A stretch of 64,000 bases of DNA from Macrostomum lignano (Eukaryota), in assembly GCA_002269645.1 (NCBI GenBank), contig NIVC01002427.1:110893-174892 (forward strand), written 5' to 3'. Made by a program: the position numbers and the translations under genes. Below the pieces are notes generated by a model. The model saw only the letters and a program-made list of their open reading frames with translations, did not search any database and was not told the origin of the DNA. Shown one piece after another: positions 59,146-64,000 of this stretch. Position 1 is the stretch's first letter, and each line of letters begins with the position of its first letter.

Positions 59146-62100
59146 TCACTGAGGCTGAGGCCGCCTATGCGAACTCTGCTGCCCGAATGCAATTAGCAGA
59201 TCTTTGATCTTCTCAGAAGTTGGCGTCCATTTCATAAAGCCGGCGTCATTTTGTAGGAACACAATCAGAGTACCGTGGGCCGACTTCACGTACAGGTCCT
59301 CGTCTCTGAGTTTGCGCGTTCGGAATGAGACAGTGCATCGGCTGGCAGAGTCATCTAAATATCCTTTCATTCTGATACATACACCTGCCTTACCCACTGA
59401 CCCACCTGTTCCTCTGACCCAACTGTCTTCCCCTCTGACCAACCTGTCTTCCCCTCTGACCAACCTGTCTTCCCCTCTGACCAACCTGTCTTCCCCTCTG
59501 ACCAACCTGTCTTCCCCTCTGACCAACCTGTCTTCCCCTCTGACCAACCTGTCTTCCCCTCTGACCCACCTGTCTTCCCTTCTGACCCACCTGTCTTCCC
59601 TTCTTACCCACCTGTCTTCCCTTCTGACCCACCTGTCTTCCCCTCTGACCCACCTGTCTTACCCTCTAATCCACCTGTCTTCCCCTCTGACCCACCTGTC
59701 TTACCCTCTAATCCACCTGTCTTCCCCTCTAACCCACCTGTCTTCCTCTCTGACCCACCTGTCTTCCCCTCCGACCAACCTGTCTTCATCTCTGACCCAC
59801 CTGTCTTCATCTCTGACCCACCTGTCTGTATCTCTGACTCACCTGTCTTCATCTTTGACCTACCTGTCTTCCCTTCTGATCCAAATGTCTTTCCCTCTTC
59901 CCCACCTGTTTTCCTCAAATGCCTTCCCCTCTACCCACCGTGTTCCCTTTGTTTTCCCAACCACCATCAAAATAGCAAATAGTCGCCCACCTCTCCAAGC
60001 AGTGCTGCATGCCATTTCGGTAGCTATGCTCAAATGGCAACACGCAAGTCTGTCGCCGATTGTACGGCGAAGCCTCCAGTCGAACCAGCGCTTCGGTTGG
60101 CGGATCGCGCCAATCAGGCAGGAACACCATGAATGACAGAGGGCCGGTTGCCTCTTTCAGCAGATTCTGCGCGATTAAGGCATTACAAATGTATGTATAC
60201 ACTGCAAACGCTGATACATAAACATTAATTTCTAACGGAAAAAGATCTTTTTAGGATAAAAAAGACCTAAAAGGGCCGTTTTGTTGATGTGCCCTAAAAA
60301 GGGCCGTTTTAGGACTTCTTACCGGGCTCACGCAGACGACAAGTTGCAAAATTATTTGCCCTGATAATAAGCAAGAATGTTTGCTGTATGCAAATCTTTT
60401 CTCCAGTAAAATCTGACAACGTACGATGATACAGCAAGCTCACCTCCATGTGGTTGACCATAGCAACCATGAGCTCCTCGGAGAATGGCGGATTAGCTTC
60501 AAACGAGCCCTCCAACGGATAAAATTCCAGCACGGGACCACGACTGCCGAAGTAGCAGTCGGTGTCGGGAAAGGCCGAGCAATACTGCTTAAAGTAGCAG
60601 TTCAATGGCGAAGCAAACAGTTCGAATGTGACGCCGAATAGTCGAGAGATGGCTTCGAATACGGGTATGGGCAGGGCAGCCTGGGTGTTCTGCGACTGCT
60701 GGCCTAGAAATGCTTGGTACCTGTTGGAAATGGCCAGGTGGTTTCAGTCTTAATCCAATGATCAGAGTTGCTAACTATGGTATTGGGTTTTTTAGCTGGG
60801 GATCAGTTTCCAGAAACTCCAATGGAATTTCTACCCAGGGGATCTGGGTCCTTTATAAACTGGATTAGGATTGGAATTAGGATGGATTAGGATCAAGATT
60901 AGAACTATTGGGGTAGGGATGGATTATGATAAGGATTGGGATTAGGATTGGGATGACTTAGGATTGGGATTAGCATGGATTAGGATCAGGATTGAGATTA
61001 GGATTAGGATGGATTAGGATCAGGATCGAGATTAGGATTAGGATGAATTAGGATTGGGATTAGCATGAATTAGGATCAGGATTGAGATTAGGATTAGGAT
61101 GAATTAGGATTGGGATTAGCATGGATTAGGATCAGGATTGAGATTAGGATTAGGATGAATTAGGATTGGGATTAGCATGGATTAGGATCAGGATTGAGAT
61201 TAGGATTAGGATGAATTAGGATTGGGATTAGCATGGATTAGGATCAGGATTGAGATTAGGGTTAGGATGAATTAGGATTGGGATTAGCATGGATTAGGAT
61301 CAGGATTGAGATTAGGATTAGGATGAATTAGGATTGGGATTAGCATGGATTAGGATCAGGATTGAGATTAGGATGGATTAGGATTTAGGTTGGGATTAGG
61401 ACGGATTAGGATCAGGATTTGAATTATTGGGGTAGGGATGGATTATGATCAGGATTGCGATTAGGATTGGGATTTGGATGAATTAGGATTATGGATAACG
61501 AGTAGACGTCTAAGTAGATTATTTTGTCGACTTATTCAACAACAAATCCACCAACCCTCACCTAGTCAGCATGCACCAGAGCCTTGGGAAGAATTTCTCC
61601 ATTGATGGATCCTCCTCAGTGCAGTGCAGAGTGTACAGCTGCTGCAGCTTGGCAAAGACCGACCGGCAGATGCCCTGCTGGCTAGAATTATCCCGACCGT
61701 AGCGGACGAACTGCATCCGGTCAGTGCAGCCGGTTTCAACCAGCTGCTGCTGAGCTGCCGGCCTCGGTGCCGGCGAGCAGATCTGCACCGGGTAGCAGCG
61801 AACTCGGCGCTTGGGATCGCCCGACCAGGGTGGCAGGTCCGCCCACGGGTCCTGCGGCAGGCGTGTGGTTGGGGTAGGGTGCTACCGATAGTAGTTGAGT
61901 AAGGTATTGTTTGAGCAAACTACTGCTCAACTACTTATAATAGGATATAGGAGGCTGGCTCAGCAACTGACACTCTAGGAGGATGTGGGCTGGCCAGCAA
62001 CTGATGATCTGGGAGGCTGGCCCAGCAACCGACACTCTGGAAGGCCTGGCCCAGCCACTGAGGATTTGGGAGGCTGGCCAGCAACTGGGGATCTGGGAGG

Positions 62101-63205
62101 CTGGCCCAGCAACTGAGGATCTGGGAGGCTGGCCCAGCCACTGAGGATTTGGGAGGCTGGCCTAGCAACTGGGGATCTGGGAGGCTGGCCCAGCAACTGA
62201 GGATCTGGGAGGCTGGCCCAGCAACTTGAGGATCTGGGAGGCTGGCCCAGCAACTGAGAATCTGAGAGGCTGGCCCAGCAACTGAGAATCTGGGAGGCTG
62301 GCCCAGCAACTGAGAATCTGGGAGGCTGGTCCAGCAACTGAGGATCTGGGAGGCTGGCCCAGCAACTGGGGATCTGGGAGGCTAGCCCAGCAACTGAGGA
62401 TCTGGGAGGCTGGTCCAGCAACTGAGAATCTGGCAGGCTGGCCAGCAACTGAGAAGTTGGGAGGCTGGCCCAGCAACTGAGAATCTGAGAGGCTGGCCCA
62501 GCAACTGACACTCTGGGAGGCTGGTCCAGCAACTGAGAATCTAAGAGGCTGGCCCAGCAACTGAGAATCTGGGAGGCTGGCCCAGCAACTGAGAATCTGG
62601 GAGGCTGGTCCAGCAACTGAGGATCTGGGAGGCTGGCCCAGCAACTGAGGATCTGGGAGGCTGGCCCAGCAACTGAGAAGCTGGAAGGCTGGCCCAGCAA
62701 CTGAGGATCTGGCAGGCTGGCCCAGCAACTGAGGATCTGGCAGGCTGGCCCAGCAACTGAGAAGCTGGGAGGCTGGTAGCCCAGCAACTGAAAATCTGAT
62801 GGGCTGGCCCAGCAACTGAGGATCTGGGAGGCTGGCCCAGCAACTTGAGGATACCCTACAAATAAGCACTATGAGCCATTCCTAAAGAACTCGATGATAA
62901 ACAAACACGAGAAAGGCCCCTCTCACCGTAGGATTAGTAACCTTGAACAGAGTCTCCTGCAGTTCCCGAACTTTTTTAGCGTACTCAACTGACAGGTGAT
63001 AGAGTTTAGTGCAGATTTTCTCTACCGACTCTTTAGCAGCCTCCTCAATATGCGGCTGGCAGGTTCGTTTCAGATGAGCCAACCGCTCCAGACAGTCTTC
63101 GTAGGTTGGCATTTTGGCCTGCCGCAGGAACTGATAGGTCTGCTCCACGTTCCATTTGACAATTTTGCGACTCTCCGGATTGGCTACGCGAGACTCAATC
63201 ATGGC
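59146..63205 (-). CDS. PCIF1: PCIF1/CAPAM cap-specific adenosine N6-methyltransferase, 3' part. Exons 63205-62927, 61851-61562, 60720-60444, 60166-59991, 59305-59146; 5' exons beyond the window
   Basis: [57 protein letters not shown], the catalytic [20 protein letters not shown] and [12 protein letters not shown] match PCIF1. Splice phases are all compatible. Confidence 0.95.
59395..59935. repeat. 21-bp minisatellite (CTGACCAACCTGTCTTCCCCT)n in the last PCIF1 intron
   Basis: Direct reading. It explains ORF 59204-60136. Confidence 0.95.
60855..61495. repeat. ATTAGG-rich higher-order repeat (about 57-bp period) in a PCIF1 intron
   Basis: Recurring GATGAATTAGGATTGGGATTAGCATGGATTAGGATCAGGATTGAGATTAGGATTAG. 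Confidence 0.9.
61960..62850. repeat. 28-bp minisatellite (TGGCCCAGCAACTGAGGATCTGGGAGGC)n in a PCIF1 intron
   Basis: Reverse complement of the PPP4R3 intron 4 unit. It explains ORFs 61935-62869. Confidence 0.96.
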
Positions 63206-63369
63206 CTGCAGTGGGTGGATGGTCATCAGGTTATGCTGAGGTGAATTTACTAAATGAGACCAACTACAGTGCTTATGGAAACACATTAGATAAGAAATAG
63301 CACACAGTGATTAAATATGAGAACTAGTGCACTCACTAAACCTAAGAAAGAGCCACTTATTAACCCAAA

Positions 63370-63830
63370 AGAAATGGCACCAATTGACCCCCCTCCCAAG
63401 AGAAATGGCACCCATTGACCCTCCCAAGGGAAATGGCACCCATTGACCCCTCAAGAGAAATGGCACGATTGACCCCCCCCTCCCAAGAGAAATGGCACCG
63501 ATTGACCTTCCCAAGGGAAATGGCACCCATTGACCCCCCAAGAGAAATGGCACTGATTGACCCCCGAGATAAATGGCACCCATTGACTCCCCTAGAGAAA
63601 TGATACTCATTCACCCCGAAATAAATGGCACCCATTGACCCCCCCCCCAAGAGAAATGGCACTGATTGACCCCCCGAGATAAATGGCACCCATTGACTCC
63701 CCTAGAGAATGATACTCATTCACCTCCGAAATAAATGGCACCCATTGACTTCCCTAAAGAAATGGCACTCATTGACCCTTGAGAGAAATGGCACCCATTG
63801 ACTCCCCTAGAGAAATGACACTCATTGACC
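63370..63830. repeat. About 30-33-bp minisatellite (AAATGGCACCCATTGACCCCCCAAGAG-like) in the upstream PCIF1 intron
   Basis: Direct reading. Confidence 0.9.
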
Positions 63831-64000
63831 CATAGGCCTTATGAGAATCTTATAAGACTTAAGAGAAGAAAAGAAAAAATTAATAGCAAAGAAAGTAAAT
63901 AATCTTAGAAAATAAATATTCACATACACACACTGTGCTACTACAAGTAGTTTACTAACCTTGACGCCTCAGCATACCGATAAAGCTGTTTCTTAGCATC

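Noticed and set aside
59204-60136. 310-aa Leu/Ser-rich plus-strand ORF
   Set aside because: Antisense to PCIF1 exons and mostly the 21-bp intronic array.

Overview
Repeat-rich eukaryotic (animal) genomic DNA with GT-AG introns. The minisatellite-filled introns and TTAGGG-type repeats suggest an invertebrate such as the flatworm Macrostomum; this is my inference and is unverified. Three conserved spliced genes were reconstructed by hand with consistent exon phases: PPP4R3/SMEK (+, 7 exons, 15740-25107, about 912 aa), acid sphingomyelinase SMPD1 (-, 54345-50440, with a one-base frameshift and an apparently missing exon), and the 3' five exons of the cap m6Am methyltransferase PCIF1 (-, 63205-59146, 5' part outside the window). 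A dispersed cluster of intronless secreted C-type-lectin + PAN/Apple genes has 5 intact copies and 3 fragments. Their PAN halves are almost invariant and their lectin loops are patchwork-variable, which points to gene conversion. A two-exon candidate LRWamide neuropeptide precursor (56168-56391) is not shown in the ORF track. About 25 minisatellite arrays occur, nearly one per long intron, with some families reused at distant sites; they explain most long ORFs in the track. Other elements: a rearranged mariner relic, nested TIR DNA transposons with a CpG-free host interior, and tRNA-derived and CORE-type SINEs. All alignments and counts were done by eye.
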